This document shows positions 29,382 through 39,061 of a DNA stretch of 60,740 bases, piece by piece. Location of the stretch: contig CAKKSP010000041.1 in assembly GCA_919902045.1 (NCBI GenBank), positions 1-60,740 of the forward strand, written 5' to 3'. Every line of letters begins with the position of its first letter. Position 1 is the stretch's first letter. The notes under the pieces are model-generated. The model searched no databases and had not been told where the DNA came from. It saw only the letters and a program-made list of their open reading frames with translations. Made by a program: the position numbers and the translations under genes. Origin of the DNA: Omnitrophica bacterium GWA2_41_15 (lineage in GTDB: Bacteria > Omnitrophota > Gorgyraeia > Gygaellales > Profunditerraquicolaceae).

Positions 29382-30467
29382 ATGAAATCAATAAAAGTAG
29401 ATCTAGGAAATCGTAGCTATGATATTAAGATCGGCTCTGGAATTTTATCTCAGGCAGATAAATTTATTTCCCCACTTGATTGCGGTAAAGATGCCGTTAT
29501 TATCACTAATTCATTAATAAAACAGAAGTATGGCAAAGTATTAAATAAAGCAATCAATAAATTAGGAGGGGAAAGCCGCTTTTTCTTAATTGCTGATACG
29601 GAAAAATCTAAATCCGTAGCATCTGTTATCGCCATACTTAAGCAATTAGCCGTTTTCGACCACAAAAAAGATATTTTTATTATTGCCTTAGGCGGCGGGG
29701 TAGTAGGAGATTTAGCCGGGTTTGTGGCTTCAATTTATAAACGAGGAATTAATTATGTACAAATTCCTACGACCTTACTTTCTCAGGTAGATTCTGCAAT
29801 CGGAGGAAAAACTGCAGTAGACCTTCCGGAAGGTAAAAATTTGGTTGGTACATTTTATCAGCCAAGAGTTGTTTTAAGCGATGTGGATACGCTTTCTACC
29901 CTTAGCTTGAGGCAGGTGCGTAATGGAGTAGCTGAAGTGATTAAATACGGTTTAATAAGGGATAAGGAACTCTTTGTTTTTCTTGAGAATAATTATCAGA
30001 AAATCCTGAAATTAAATCCACAGGCGCTGGAGTGCATTATTAACCGTTGCGCGGCTATAAAGGCATCCGTAGTAGCAAACGATGAGTTTGATAAGAAAGA
30101 TATCCGGGCTATGCTTAATTTCGGCCACACAATTGGCCATGCTATTGAGGTAGCTTTAGGGTATGCTTTATATCAACATGGTGAGGCTATTAGTTTAGGT
30201 ATGCTCGTAGCTTCTGGTATTAGCCAGAGAATCGGATGGCTAAATAGAGAAGAGCTCTTGCGGGTAGAAAATATTATTAAGTTATTTGGCCTGCCTTCGC
30301 GAATTGAAGGAGTATCTTTTGAAAAAGTTTTCAAGGCGCATTACCGTGATAAGAAGTTTCGCGCAGAATTAAACAAATTTGTGTTACTTAAGGGTATAGG
30401 TAGGGCTGAAGTAAAAGTAGGTATTGATAAGGCAATAATTTGTTCTGCGCTTAAAGAACGTTTTTAG
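29382..30467 (+). CDS. aroB: 3-dehydroquinate synthase
   Basis: GGGVVGDLAGF, PTTLLSQVDSAIGGKT, LNFGHTIGHAIE, HGEA. Confidence 0.97.
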   Translation: MKSIKVDLGNRSYDIKIGSGILSQADKFISPLDCGKDAVIITNSLIKQKYGKVLNKAINKLGGESRFFLIADTEKSKSVASVIAILKQLAVFDHKKDIFIIALGGGVVGDLAGFVASIYKRGINYVQIPTTLLSQVDSAIGGKTAVDLPEGKNLVGTFYQPRVVLSDVDTLSTLSLRQVRNGVAEVIKYGLIRDKELFVFLENNYQKILKLNPQALECIINRCAAIKASVVANDEFDKKDIRAMLNFGHTIGHAIEVALGYALYQHGEAISLGMLVASGISQRIGWLNREELLRVENIIKLFGLPSRIEGVSFEKVFKAHYRDKKFRAELNKFVLLKGIGRAEVKVGIDKAIICSALKERF

Positions 30468-30871
30468 CGGGGAATATTTAATGATAGACGTATGTTTTGG
30501 TCCTGCCAGGAAAGTTCTACTGTTTCGGGGGTAATCCTTTTAATTACTGCGCCGTCAATTTTATCACCTTCTTTTAATACGCGATTATTAATCAGGGCAA
30601 GGCCTTCATCATTAGAAAAGAAAATTCCGCTTAAAGTAAGAGAAGGCGGCGTAAGATTTTCTGGAGCAATAGGAGGAGCTTGAATAGGAATGTTCTGTTC
30701 TACGGGTAATTCCGGCGTTTCTTTCTTTAAAATATTATTTTGTTTGATTACCGGCGCAGGAGTTTTTAAATTAGATTTAACTCGGTTAAATCCCTGTTGA
30801 GCTAAAGCGAAGCCGCAGGCAGCTAATATTACAAAAAATAATGTCTGTCCAATTTTTGGAATGATTTTCAC
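30464..30871 (-). CDS. GspB/PilP-like membrane-anchored protein
   Basis: TM, Pro-rich linker, LSGIFFS...ALINNRVLKEGDKIDGAVIKRI. Confidence 0.6.
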   Translation of the reverse strand: MKIIPKIGQTLFFVILAACGFALAQQGFNRVKSNLKTPAPVIKQNNILKKETPELPVEQNIPIQAPPIAPENLTPPSLTLSGIFFSNDEGLALINNRVLKEGDKIDGAVIKRITPETVELSWQDQNIRLSLNIPR

Positions 30872-30883
30872 AAAACTTATTAT

Positions 30884-32719
30884 ATGGCAAATCTCTTGTT
30901 AAAACAACTTTTTTTATTTGACCCGCTATCAATATTTTTTCTTATTGTTATCGGGATCGTGTCTTTACCTTCTGCAATATACTCGATTGGTTATATGCGC
31001 GGGGAATATAAGAGAGGAAAATGCATATTAGCTGCCGCGCTGTTAATAGTTTTTGTTTTCTCTATGTGCATGGTGGTGACTGCGGGAAATATTTTTTCTT
31101 TTCTGGTGTTCTGGGAGATTATGTCTTTAGTTTCGTATTTTCTGGTTATATTTGATACAAAACATGTTAAATCTGTTCAAGCCGGCCTTATTTATATCGT
31201 AATGACCCATATTGGAACTGCATTTTTAATCGGCGGATTCATGATTTTATATAAACATGCAAATTGCCTTGATTTTTTCACAATAAAGAACATTTGCCAG
31301 ACTATCCCTTTCCAAACCAAAAACATTATATTTTTATTGTTGTTAGTCGGTTTTGGTACTAAAGCAGGCATTGTGCCGTTACATATTTGGCTTCCGTATG
31401 CTCATCCGCAGGCGCCCAGCCATATTTCAAGTATCATGTCAGGGGTAATGATCAAAACTGCCATATACGGTTTGATCCGGTTTGTGATATTTATTCTCGG
31501 GGTAAATCAAACCTGGTGGGGAAGCCTGGTGCTTGTTTTAGCAACCATTACTTGCTTAGCCGGGATCATCTATGCGCTTATGGAACGCGATCTTAAGCGT
31601 TTGCTTGCCTATTCTAGCGTGGAAAATATCGGGATAATTTTGCTAGGCGTTGGATTGTCTATGTTTTTTATTAGCATAAATAAACCTTATTTAGCCGTAT
31701 TTTCGTTAATTGCCGGATTATATCACCTTATAAACCACGCAGTTTTTAAAGGGTTATTGTTTTTATGCGCAGGAAGCGTTTATAAAGCTACAGGAACGCG
31801 TGATATTGAAAAATTAGGAGGTTTGATCAAAAAAATGCCACAGACTGCGGCCTATTTTTTATTAGGCGCAATGGCGATTTCTGCGCTGCCTCCGCTTAAT
31901 GGTTTTATAAGCGAATGGTTGACTTTGCAGGCATTTTTTTTAGGGGCGCTTGATGTTACAGGAGGAACTAAGCTTTTTTTAGGCCTTTGCGCAGCGATGC
32001 TTGCCTTAACAGGAGGATTAGCTGCTGCTTGTTTTGTTAAAGCTTTTGGAATAACATTCTTAGCCCAACCCAGAAGCCATTACGCTAAAGAGGCAAAAGA
32101 AGTTTCTTTTTCTATGAAAGCAGGTATGTTCTTTTTGTCAGCACTTGTGGTAATATTAGCTTTAAATGCTTTAAAAATCATAAAATTATTAGCGAAGGTT
32201 GCAAGCGTATCTACCGGAATTGACATCGGTAACATGAGTTTTTCTCTAAATAATTTTATTTTAACTCCGCAAATAGCAAATAATGTTTATCTTTCCGCGC
32301 CATTACTAGCGGCAATACTAATTATTTTTGCAATTGTGGCTTACGCTGTATATATGTCATTTGGCAGGCAAAAGGCAGTAGTTTATAAAACATGGGATTG
32401 CGGTTATTATAAATTAGACGCGCGTAATGAATATACCTCTACGGCATTTTCAAAACCTTTCAGGATTGCTTTTAGTTTCTTCTTACAGCCATATCGTAAG
32501 ACGCAAAAAATCAGGGAGTCGTTTTATCATGTCAAATCATTTACTTACGAAACGCATACTACCCAGGTATTTAAAAAATATATATACGACCCAGTACTTG
32601 CGTTAGTCTTAAAATCAGCTAAGGCTATGAGAAGAATGCAGCCGGGAAGTATTCATCTTTATTTAGGATATATTTTTATTACGTTGTTATTATTAATCGT
32701 ATTTATGCGGAAATTCTAA
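30884..32719 (+). CDS. hyfB: HyfB-like antiporter subunit of the Ehr complex
   Basis: FWEIMS, KAGIVPLHIWLPYAHPQAP, LAYSSVENIG, WDCGY. Confidence 0.88.
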   Translation: MANLLLKQLFLFDPLSIFFLIVIGIVSLPSAIYSIGYMRGEYKRGKCILAAALLIVFVFSMCMVVTAGNIFSFLVFWEIMSLVSYFLVIFDTKHVKSVQAGLIYIVMTHIGTAFLIGGFMILYKHANCLDFFTIKNICQTIPFQTKNIIFLLLLVGFGTKAGIVPLHIWLPYAHPQAPSHISSIMSGVMIKTAIYGLIRFVIFILGVNQTWWGSLVLVLATITCLAGIIYALMERDLKRLLAYSSVENIGIILLGVGLSMFFISINKPYLAVFSLIAGLYHLINHAVFKGLLFLCAGSVYKATGTRDIEKLGGLIKKMPQTAAYFLLGAMAISALPPLNGFISEWLTLQAFFLGALDVTGGTKLFLGLCAAMLALTGGLAAACFVKAFGITFLAQPRSHYAKEAKEVSFSMKAGMFFLSALVVILALNALKIIKLLAKVASVSTGIDIGNMSFSLNNFILTPQIANNVYLSAPLLAAILIIFAIVAYAVYMSFGRQKAVVYKTWDCGYYKLDARNEYTSTAFSKPFRIAFSFFLQPYRKTQKIRESFYHVKSFTYETHTTQVFKKYIYDPVLALVLKSAKAMRRMQPGSIHLYLGYIFITLLLLIVFMRKF

Positions 32720-32723
32720 GATT

Positions 32724-33539
32724 ATGACAATTATTTTGAAAATAATTTTATTTATCGTTTTAGCTCCGTTTTTAAGCGGCCTGATTTCAAAAATTAAGAA
32801 TAATCTTAGGTTGCGTAAGGGTCAAAGCATTTTTCAGCCATATTATAATTTAGCTAAGCTGTTCTCAAAGGCAGAGGTGGTTTCAGAGCATGCTTCATGG
32901 ATATTCGGGGTTACTCCGTTTATCGTGATCTCTTCAGCGCTTACGGCAGCGTTGTTCATTAATAGTATAAGCGGCCTTTTACTGCTTATTTTTGTATTTG
33001 CTTTAGGCCGATTCTTTTTAGCGCTTGCTGCGCTTGATGCCGGGAGTTCTTTCGGAGGCATGGGTGCATCAAGAGAGATGTTTATTTCAAGCCTGGTTGA
33101 GCCGGCATTTTGTTTAGTGATATTTTCCTTATTCTTGCAATCTGGCTCAACGAATCTTACCGTCGCTTCTATAGTATCGGGAATTGCGTTGTTTCTTATT
33201 ACAGTTGCAGAAACTTCCCGTGTCCCGGTAGATAACCAGGAGACGCATCTTGAGCTGACTATGGTGCATGAAGCAATGGTGTTAGAATATTCGGGAAGAT
33301 CGCTTGCCTTACTTGAGTTGGCTTCTTATATTAAGCAGATGATTTTAGTAATTCTTGTTGCTCGGATTATTTTTCCTGTCACTATGCCGGTATTCGCTGG
33401 AATAATTATAGTAGCAGCAGTTGTTGCTTTGCTGGAAGTTTCGGTAGCAAAAATGCGCTTATTCAGGGTAGCGGATTTTTTGGGAGTGGCTTTCGTCTTG
33501 GGAATTATTGCGGTAGTTTGCGCTATATTAGGAGTTTAA
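32724..33539 (+). CDS. hyfC: HyfC/NuoH-like membrane subunit
   Basis: FGGMGASRE, ETSRVPVDN, HLELTMVHEAM. Confidence 0.88.
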   Translation: MTIILKIILFIVLAPFLSGLISKIKNNLRLRKGQSIFQPYYNLAKLFSKAEVVSEHASWIFGVTPFIVISSALTAALFINSISGLLLLIFVFALGRFFLALAALDAGSSFGGMGASREMFISSLVEPAFCLVIFSLFLQSGSTNLTVASIVSGIALFLITVAETSRVPVDNQETHLELTMVHEAMVLEYSGRSLALLELASYIKQMILVILVARIIFPVTMPVFAGIIIVAAVVALLEVSVAKMRLFRVADFLGVAFVLGIIAVVCAILGV

Positions 33540-33545
33540 TCTGTT

Positions 33546-34178
33546 ATGATAGAGTTAATTTTATTCGGGATTCTTGCTGCTACGTATCTGCTTGTTATTG
33601 TTAAAAGAATGCCCGCATTGATCCAGGGATTTCGATACCAATCTTTTTTTATTTTTTTGATCACTTTGATTGCAGGACTAACAGAAAATCAGCCTGGTTT
33701 ATTGATCGTTGCCTTACTTATCCTTGCGCTAAAAGTTTTTATCATACCGTTTGTTTTAAATTCGATCGCTAAAAAAATAAGCGTTGATGAGAATCTTGGC
33801 CTTCTTATTAATGCGCAACTTTCCCTCGTCGTAGCACTTTTGCTTACTTATTTTTCCTGGGTTTTTTCCGGGATGCTTGGATTTAATAATGGCCACATAT
33901 CAATAGCCATTACGGTGGCTTTCTCGGTTATTTTTATCGGAGGGTTCCTTATGATATCCCGCATGAAAGCCTTTACTCAGGTGTTGGGGCTTTTGATCAT
34001 GGAAAACGGGATCTTTCTTTTTGCTTCATTTTTATCAGGGGGAATGCCGTTTTTTGTGGAGATCGCCATATTTTTAGACGTGTTTGTCAGCGTAATTATT
34101 ATGGGGCTTTTTGTTTACAGGATCAATAAACTCTTTACGCATATTGATGTGAATAAGCTTTCGCGGTTAAGAGGATGA
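33546..34178 (+). CDS. hyfE: HyfE-like membrane subunit
   Basis: GLLIMENGI, MPFFVE..FLD, L.G end. Confidence 0.85.
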   Translation: MIELILFGILAATYLLVIVKRMPALIQGFRYQSFFIFLITLIAGLTENQPGLLIVALLILALKVFIIPFVLNSIAKKISVDENLGLLINAQLSLVVALLLTYFSWVFSGMLGFNNGHISIAITVAFSVIFIGGFLMISRMKAFTQVLGLLIMENGIFLFASFLSGGMPFFVEIAIFLDVFVSVIIMGLFVYRINKLFTHIDVNKLSRLRG

Positions 34179-34188
34179 AACTTTACAA

Positions 34189-35643
34189 ATGATAAATATT
34201 ATTTTAGGTATTCCGGTTTTACTTGCAATATTAACTTTGTTAATTAAAAAGCAAAGGATTCTTGGAATACTTACTAGTATCGGATACCTGGCTGTGTTGT
34301 TTGATAGTATTTTGCTTTTTAGAAGGGTATTGATATCAGGGAACATTAAATTATACGCAGATTTTATATATATTGACGCGTTGAGCGCATTTTTTATTTT
34401 TGTAATAGCAATTGTAGCTTTTGCGTCTTCGTTTTATTCAGTGGGTTATATCGAGAGGGATATAGAGAAGGGGATAATTTCCGATAGAAAAGCCAAGATT
34501 TATTACCTGCTGTTTAACTTATTTTGTTGTTCTATGTTATTTGCTCCGGCAGTAAATAACTTAGGCATTCTTTGGGTTGCTATTGAAATGACTACGCTAA
34601 TTTCTGCGTTTCTTGTGGGATTCTATAATTCTAAAGAATCGGTTGAGGCTGCATGGAAATATATTATTATTTGTTCAGTAGGTATAATCTTTGCGCTATT
34701 AGGCACTATTCTTTTTTCTTATGCCTTTTCTTTACTTGGCGGGGCAAAGACGCTTAATTGGTCAGAAATAGTAGCCAATGCTGCAAATTTGGACAAGAAT
34801 ATCCTAAAAGTAGCGTTTATTTTTATATTAGTCGGATACGGAACTAAAGCAGGGCTTGCGCCGATGCATACATGGCTGCCAGATGCCCATAGCCAGGCAG
34901 TTGCTCCGATTAGCGCGTTACTCTCCGGAGTGCTGTTAAAGACGGCAATATATGCCATTTTAAGGTTTGGGATTATTATAATTAAGGCAGTAGGAATAGC
35001 TTATTTTTCTCACCTAATGATCCTCCTGGGTTTAGTTTCTTTGGGGATATCCTGCGCTTTTATTTTAGTGCAAAAAGATTTAAAACGCCTGCTTGCTTAT
35101 AGCAGTATCGAGCATGTCGGTATAATTGCTATTGGTTTTGGATTAGGTTCTCCATTAGCTATTGCCGGAGCAATATTCCATATTTTTAATCACGCTGTAA
35201 CTAAATCGTTTATGTTTTTTGGGGCAGGCAATATCGTCAGTGTTTATAAAAAGCATAATATTAACGCTATCAGAGGAGTGATTAAAGTGTTGCCTTTTAC
35301 GGGGATCATGGTTCTTATAGGTGTATTTGCGCTTACGGGGTTTCCGCCGTTTGCCATATTTTTAAGTGAGATTCTAATTATCGCCGCGGCGTTTACCAGT
35401 GATTCGTATTTAATTGCAGCCTTATTGTTATTATTCCTTTCGATTATTTTTGGCGCATTTATTTATCATTTTGGAAAAATGCTTTTTGGCAATCTTCCTA
35501 AAGGTATGACGCGGATAGGAGAGCCTTTAAGCGGGAAAATCGTATTTTTATTTTTACTACTCCCGATAACTATATTAGGAGTAGCAGTTCCGTTTATAAA
35601 AGAGGATTTATTGTGGATAGCACAGAGATTATTACAAGGATAA
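34189..35643 (+). CDS. hyfF: HyfF-like antiporter subunit
   Basis: WVAIEMTT, EAAWKY, GYGTKAGLAPMHTWLPDAHSQA. Confidence 0.88.
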   Translation: MINIILGIPVLLAILTLLIKKQRILGILTSIGYLAVLFDSILLFRRVLISGNIKLYADFIYIDALSAFFIFVIAIVAFASSFYSVGYIERDIEKGIISDRKAKIYYLLFNLFCCSMLFAPAVNNLGILWVAIEMTTLISAFLVGFYNSKESVEAAWKYIIICSVGIIFALLGTILFSYAFSLLGGAKTLNWSEIVANAANLDKNILKVAFIFILVGYGTKAGLAPMHTWLPDAHSQAVAPISALLSGVLLKTAIYAILRFGIIIIKAVGIAYFSHLMILLGLVSLGISCAFILVQKDLKRLLAYSSIEHVGIIAIGFGLGSPLAIAGAIFHIFNHAVTKSFMFFGAGNIVSVYKKHNINAIRGVIKVLPFTGIMVLIGVFALTGFPPFAIFLSEILIIAAAFTSDSYLIAALLLLFLSIIFGAFIYHFGKMLFGNLPKGMTRIGEPLSGKIVFLFLLLPITILGVAVPFIKEDLLWIAQRLLQG

Positions 35644-37190
35644 AAAATAAATTACCGGGTTTTGATGCGTTATCAATTGCGCAAAATTATCCTGATGAGA
35701 TCTGTATTAAAATAAGCCCACAGATTTTTAAGGATACCTGCTATGTTTTACATAAAATACTTTTATCACCTGTGATGATGCTTTTTGCTTGCGATGAGCG
35801 TAAAACTGCCTCTAAATTCGTGATCAACTCTGTTTTTGTCAGTTTAAAAAGCGGGCAATGGGTTACTGTAAGTATGGACCTGCCGCAGGAAAATCCTTCT
35901 TTTGATTCATTAGCAAAAACTATACATTCTGCCGGTTTATTTGAAAGAGAAATTTATGAGATGTTTGGTATAGAGCCCAAAGGGCATCCTGATCTAAGAA
36001 GGTTAAGGCTTCATGATGAGGTTTGGCCTCAAGGAAATTATCCTTTGCGCAAGGATTTTAAGCAAGCCTGCGAAGGAAATTTAAATGAATATAAGTTTAA
36101 CAGAGTAGAAGGAGATGGAATATTTGAAGTTTCGGTTGGGCCGGTGCATGCCGGAATTATCGGGCCGGGGCATTTTAGATTTAGCGTTGCAGGGGAGCCG
36201 ATTGTAAATTTAGAAATCAGGCTGGGTTTTACCCATCGAGGAGTAGAAAAACTTTTTGAAGATAAAAACTGTTTTGTAGCTATGCGTTTGTCAGAATGTA
36301 TTTCAGGAGATTCGAGTTTTGCGCACAGTTTGTCTTTTGTTCAGGCAATAGAAAAGATTTGCGGCTCTGTAATTCCCGCACAAGCAGTTTATATAAGAGC
36401 TATCTTTTTAGAGCTTGAACGTTTATATAATCATGTAAACGATATCGGAGGAATGGCTGTTGATGTAGGTTTTAGCTTTCCTGCTGCCTATGCTTCGGTA
36501 TTAAAAGAAGCAATCCTGCAATTAAACTATAATCTTACCGGAAGCAGGTATCTTAAGAAGATTAATGTAGTTGGCGGGATTTTAATAGATATAGATGATG
36601 CAAAAAAACAGCTGTTGCTTAAATCTCTTGAGAATATAAAGCAGGATTTTAATGAACTGGTTAAAATGCTTTACTCAAGTGTTTCTTTTATGGATAGAGT
36701 TGATAGCACGGGAGTTTTGCGTAAAAAAACCGCGGAAGATTTAGGGGTAGTTGGTATCGCAGGCCGCGCTTCAGGAATCCCTCTCGATTTAAGAAAATAT
36801 TTTCCCAGTGTATATAAAGAAGCCAAATTTAAAATGGCAATACAGGAATCAGGTGATGTTTTGGCAAGGTTGCGCATCAGGATCTTTGAATTTACTGAAT
36901 CTTGCCGCTTGATTGATGAGTTTACGCAAAAGTTAAGCGAAGGCCAAAAAATCAGCGTTACTCCGGAACTTAAGGAAGGTGTTGCCTTAGGTTATCAAGA
37001 AGGGTGGAGAGGGCCTGTTTTATATTGGCTGAAAATTGATTCCGCAGGTTTGATCCAAAGATGTAAAATTGTAGATCCTTCTTTTAATAATTGGCAGGGG
37101 CTGTCTTATGCAGTATTAGGCAATATTATCCCTGATTTTCCGCTTTGTAATAAAAGTTTTGATTTATCCTATTCGGGGAACGATTTATGA
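35613..37190 (+). CDS. Ehr large subunit (NuoC-NuoD/HyfG-like) lacking NiFe-binding cysteine motifs
   Basis: FEREIYEMFGI..GHPD, GPVHAGII.PGHFRF; L1 region ECISGDSSFAH and C-terminus NKSFDLSYSGNDL lack the CxxC pairs. Confidence 0.88.
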   Translation: MDSTEIITRIKNKLPGFDALSIAQNYPDEICIKISPQIFKDTCYVLHKILLSPVMMLFACDERKTASKFVINSVFVSLKSGQWVTVSMDLPQENPSFDSLAKTIHSAGLFEREIYEMFGIEPKGHPDLRRLRLHDEVWPQGNYPLRKDFKQACEGNLNEYKFNRVEGDGIFEVSVGPVHAGIIGPGHFRFSVAGEPIVNLEIRLGFTHRGVEKLFEDKNCFVAMRLSECISGDSSFAHSLSFVQAIEKICGSVIPAQAVYIRAIFLELERLYNHVNDIGGMAVDVGFSFPAAYASVLKEAILQLNYNLTGSRYLKKINVVGGILIDIDDAKKQLLLKSLENIKQDFNELVKMLYSSVSFMDRVDSTGVLRKKTAEDLGVVGIAGRASGIPLDLRKYFPSVYKEAKFKMAIQESGDVLARLRIRIFEFTESCRLIDEFTQKLSEGQKISVTPELKEGVALGYQEGWRGPVLYWLKIDSAGLIQRCKIVDPSFNNWQGLSYAVLGNIIPDFPLCNKSFDLSYSGNDL

Positions 37191-37696
37191 TCCATATATT
37201 AAAAAACAGAATATTAAAAGGAATCGTAACCAGGCATATAGATCTGGGATTACCGATAGAAATAAATGCCGCAGGTTCTGAATTAAAAATTTTAATTCAG
37301 AAAAGATTTGGCAGGTCTTTAAATATCCGAGAAGTTGACACCGGATCATGCGGCGCTTGCGAATCGGAGATAATTTCGGCAAATAACCCGATATATGATT
37401 TGCAGCGGTTTGGGATAAATTTTGTCGCTTCACCCCGGCATGCCGATGCGCTTTTGGTCACTGGCCCGGTATCTAAAAATATGTTGATTGCTTTAAAGAA
37501 AACCTATGATGCAATGCCTGAGCCAAAATTTGTCATTACCTGCGGAGATTGCGCTTTAGACGGAGGCCCGTTCAAAGATTCTTATTATGTTGAGAAGAAA
37601 GTTAAAGATATAATCCCCGTAGTGCTTCATATCCCCGGTTGTCCCCCAAGCCCGACAAACATAATCCAATCCCTGCTCTCATTTCTAATAAATTAG
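37187..37696 (+). CDS. Ehr small subunit (NuoB/HyfI-like, one 4Fe-4S cluster)
   Basis: GSCGACE, SPRHAD, GDCA, PGCPP. Confidence 0.9.
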   Translation: MIHILKNRILKGIVTRHIDLGLPIEINAAGSELKILIQKRFGRSLNIREVDTGSCGACESEIISANNPIYDLQRFGINFVASPRHADALLVTGPVSKNMLIALKKTYDAMPEPKFVITCGDCALDGGPFKDSYYVEKKVKDIIPVVLHIPGCPPSPTNIIQSLLSFLIN

Positions 37697-37723
37697 GTAA
37701 ATTAGGGACAGACACCTATTTTA

Positions 37724-37752
37724 TTGACATGCTGCTTTCTTCATGATAGCAT
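37724..37752 (+). promoter_or_regulatory. sigma70 promoter of the RAYT gene (probably leaderless)
   Basis: TTGACA-17 bp-TAGCAT with TG extension; ATG 6 nt later; no SD. Confidence 0.6.
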
Positions 37753-37758
37753 TGTTTC

Positions 37759-38442
37759 ATGCCACGTATAGCCAGATTAGTTGTTCCAGGATATCCCCAC
37801 CATATTACTCAGCGAGGTAACTATCGTCAGAATATATTTAGTGATGATACCGATAGAAGGCGTTACCTCAATCTTGTAGCTGATTATAGCCAGAAATTCC
37901 GCCTCAAGCTGTTGGCCTATTGCCTCATGGATAACCACGTTCATTTTATTGTTATGCCGGATAGCGAAGAATCTATTGCAGATACATTTCATATTGTGCA
38001 TACCGTATATTCGCAGTACTTCAATAAGAAAAATAGCGTTACAGGCCATCTTTTGCAAGGTAGGTACTATTCTTGTGTGTTGGATGAGCGGCATCTCTTG
38101 GCAGCGGCCAGATACGTAGAGCGCAATCCTGTAAGGGTCAAGACGGTTAAAGATCCCACAGGTTATATATGGTCAAGTGCGAGAGGCCACGCTGCTGTTT
38201 CAAATCACGATATAATAAACACCGATTCTTTGTTTGACTATATCGAAATCAAACAAAACAAATGGAAAGATTTCATTAATCAAAGCGATGATCCGGATGA
38301 AGTATCGGTTATTCGTAAATGCACAGCAAGCGGTAGGCCATTAGGAAATAATATATTTGTACAAAAACTCGAGAAGATATCCGGTCAAATATTACATGCG
38401 TTGCCGGTTGGCAGGCCAAAGAAGCTAAGTAGTAAAAAATAG
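37759..38442 (+). CDS. REP-associated tyrosine transposase (RAYT; IS200/IS605 Y1 HUH superfamily)
   Basis: MPRIAR...HHITQRGN, YCLMDNHVH (HUH), GHLLQGRY, RYVERNPVR, Y.WSS. Confidence 0.93.
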   Translation: MPRIARLVVPGYPHHITQRGNYRQNIFSDDTDRRRYLNLVADYSQKFRLKLLAYCLMDNHVHFIVMPDSEESIADTFHIVHTVYSQYFNKKNSVTGHLLQGRYYSCVLDERHLLAAARYVERNPVRVKTVKDPTGYIWSSARGHAAVSNHDIINTDSLFDYIEIKQNKWKDFINQSDDPDEVSVIRKCTASGRPLGNNIFVQKLEKISGQILHALPVGRPKKLSSKK

Positions 38443-38493
38443 GTGTCTGTCCCTAATTTAGTAATTTATGGGGCAAGCTGTATACTAAAGATA

Positions 38494-38522
38494 TTGACAG
38501 GGTGGAATTACTGTGCTAGAAT
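38494..38522 (+). promoter_or_regulatory. sigma70 promoter upstream of the PilZ gene
   Basis: TTGACA-17 bp-TAGAAT with TG extension. Confidence 0.7.
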
Positions 38523-38530
38523 TCGTGTCG

Positions 38531-38869
38531 ATGAGAAATTTTGAGCCGGATCAGCGCAGGCAGACACGTTTTAAATTGGAAACACCGGTTAGTTTTCAAG
38601 TCCGGGGAAGGCCTGAGTTTGTAACGACCCTAACCTCGGATATCAGCAATAACGGCTTAGGTTTTGATTCCGACGCTTTTATCCCCAATAATACCCTCAT
38701 TATGCTTGAGGTTCCGGTATTGGCGAAAGTAATACATCCTGTAGGCAGGATTGCATGGTCAGCTTCGATGGTGCATTCTGATCGTTACAGGATAGGGGTT
38801 GAATTTATGGAAATGGATCCCGCAGAAAAGCATTATCTGAAAGATTATCTTTCATTAAAAGAGCAATAA
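38531..38869 (+). CDS. PilZ-domain protein
   Basis: QRRQTRF (RxxxR), DISNNG, GVEF; start at ATG 38531. Confidence 0.88.
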   Translation: MRNFEPDQRRQTRFKLETPVSFQVRGRPEFVTTLTSDISNNGLGFDSDAFIPNNTLIMLEVPVLAKVIHPVGRIAWSASMVHSDRYRIGVEFMEMDPAEKHYLKDYLSLKEQ

Positions 38870-38885
38870 GAAAGGAAAATAACAA

Positions 38886-39059
38886 ATGGCAGATGAAGTA
38901 AAAAAGGAAGAAGTGAAGGAAAAACAGACAAATTGTCCATCTTGTAATAAACTGTTAAAGAAAATTCGCCGTTATTATCGTAATGGTAAACTTTATTGCG
39001 CTAAGAGATGCTGGATCAAGGTTGCTAAAACCCCGAAAGAGGAGAAAGCCAAGGAATAG
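38886..39059 (+). CDS. 57-aa TRASH/YHS-like zinc-ribbon protein (not in the ORF track)
   Basis: MADEVKKEEVKEKQTNCPSCNKLLKKIRRYYRNGKLYCAKRCWIKVAKTPKEEKAKE; AAAGGA upstream; fills the gap between two PilZ genes. Confidence 0.8.
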   Translation: MADEVKKEEVKEKQTNCPSCNKLLKKIRRYYRNGKLYCAKRCWIKVAKTPKEEKAKE

Positions 39060-39061
39060 GC

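Larger units (their letters stand above)
37698..38460. mobile_element. RAYT element bounded by perfect 25-bp inverted repeats
   Basis: Left arm 37698-37722 TAAATTAGGGACAGACACCTATTTT; right arm 38436-38460 is its exact reverse complement and contains the transposase stop codon. Confidence 0.88.

Noticed and set aside
35613-37190. Group 4 NiFe hydrogenase / formate hydrogenlyase
   Set aside because: Both Ni-binding CxxC motifs are missing from the large subunit
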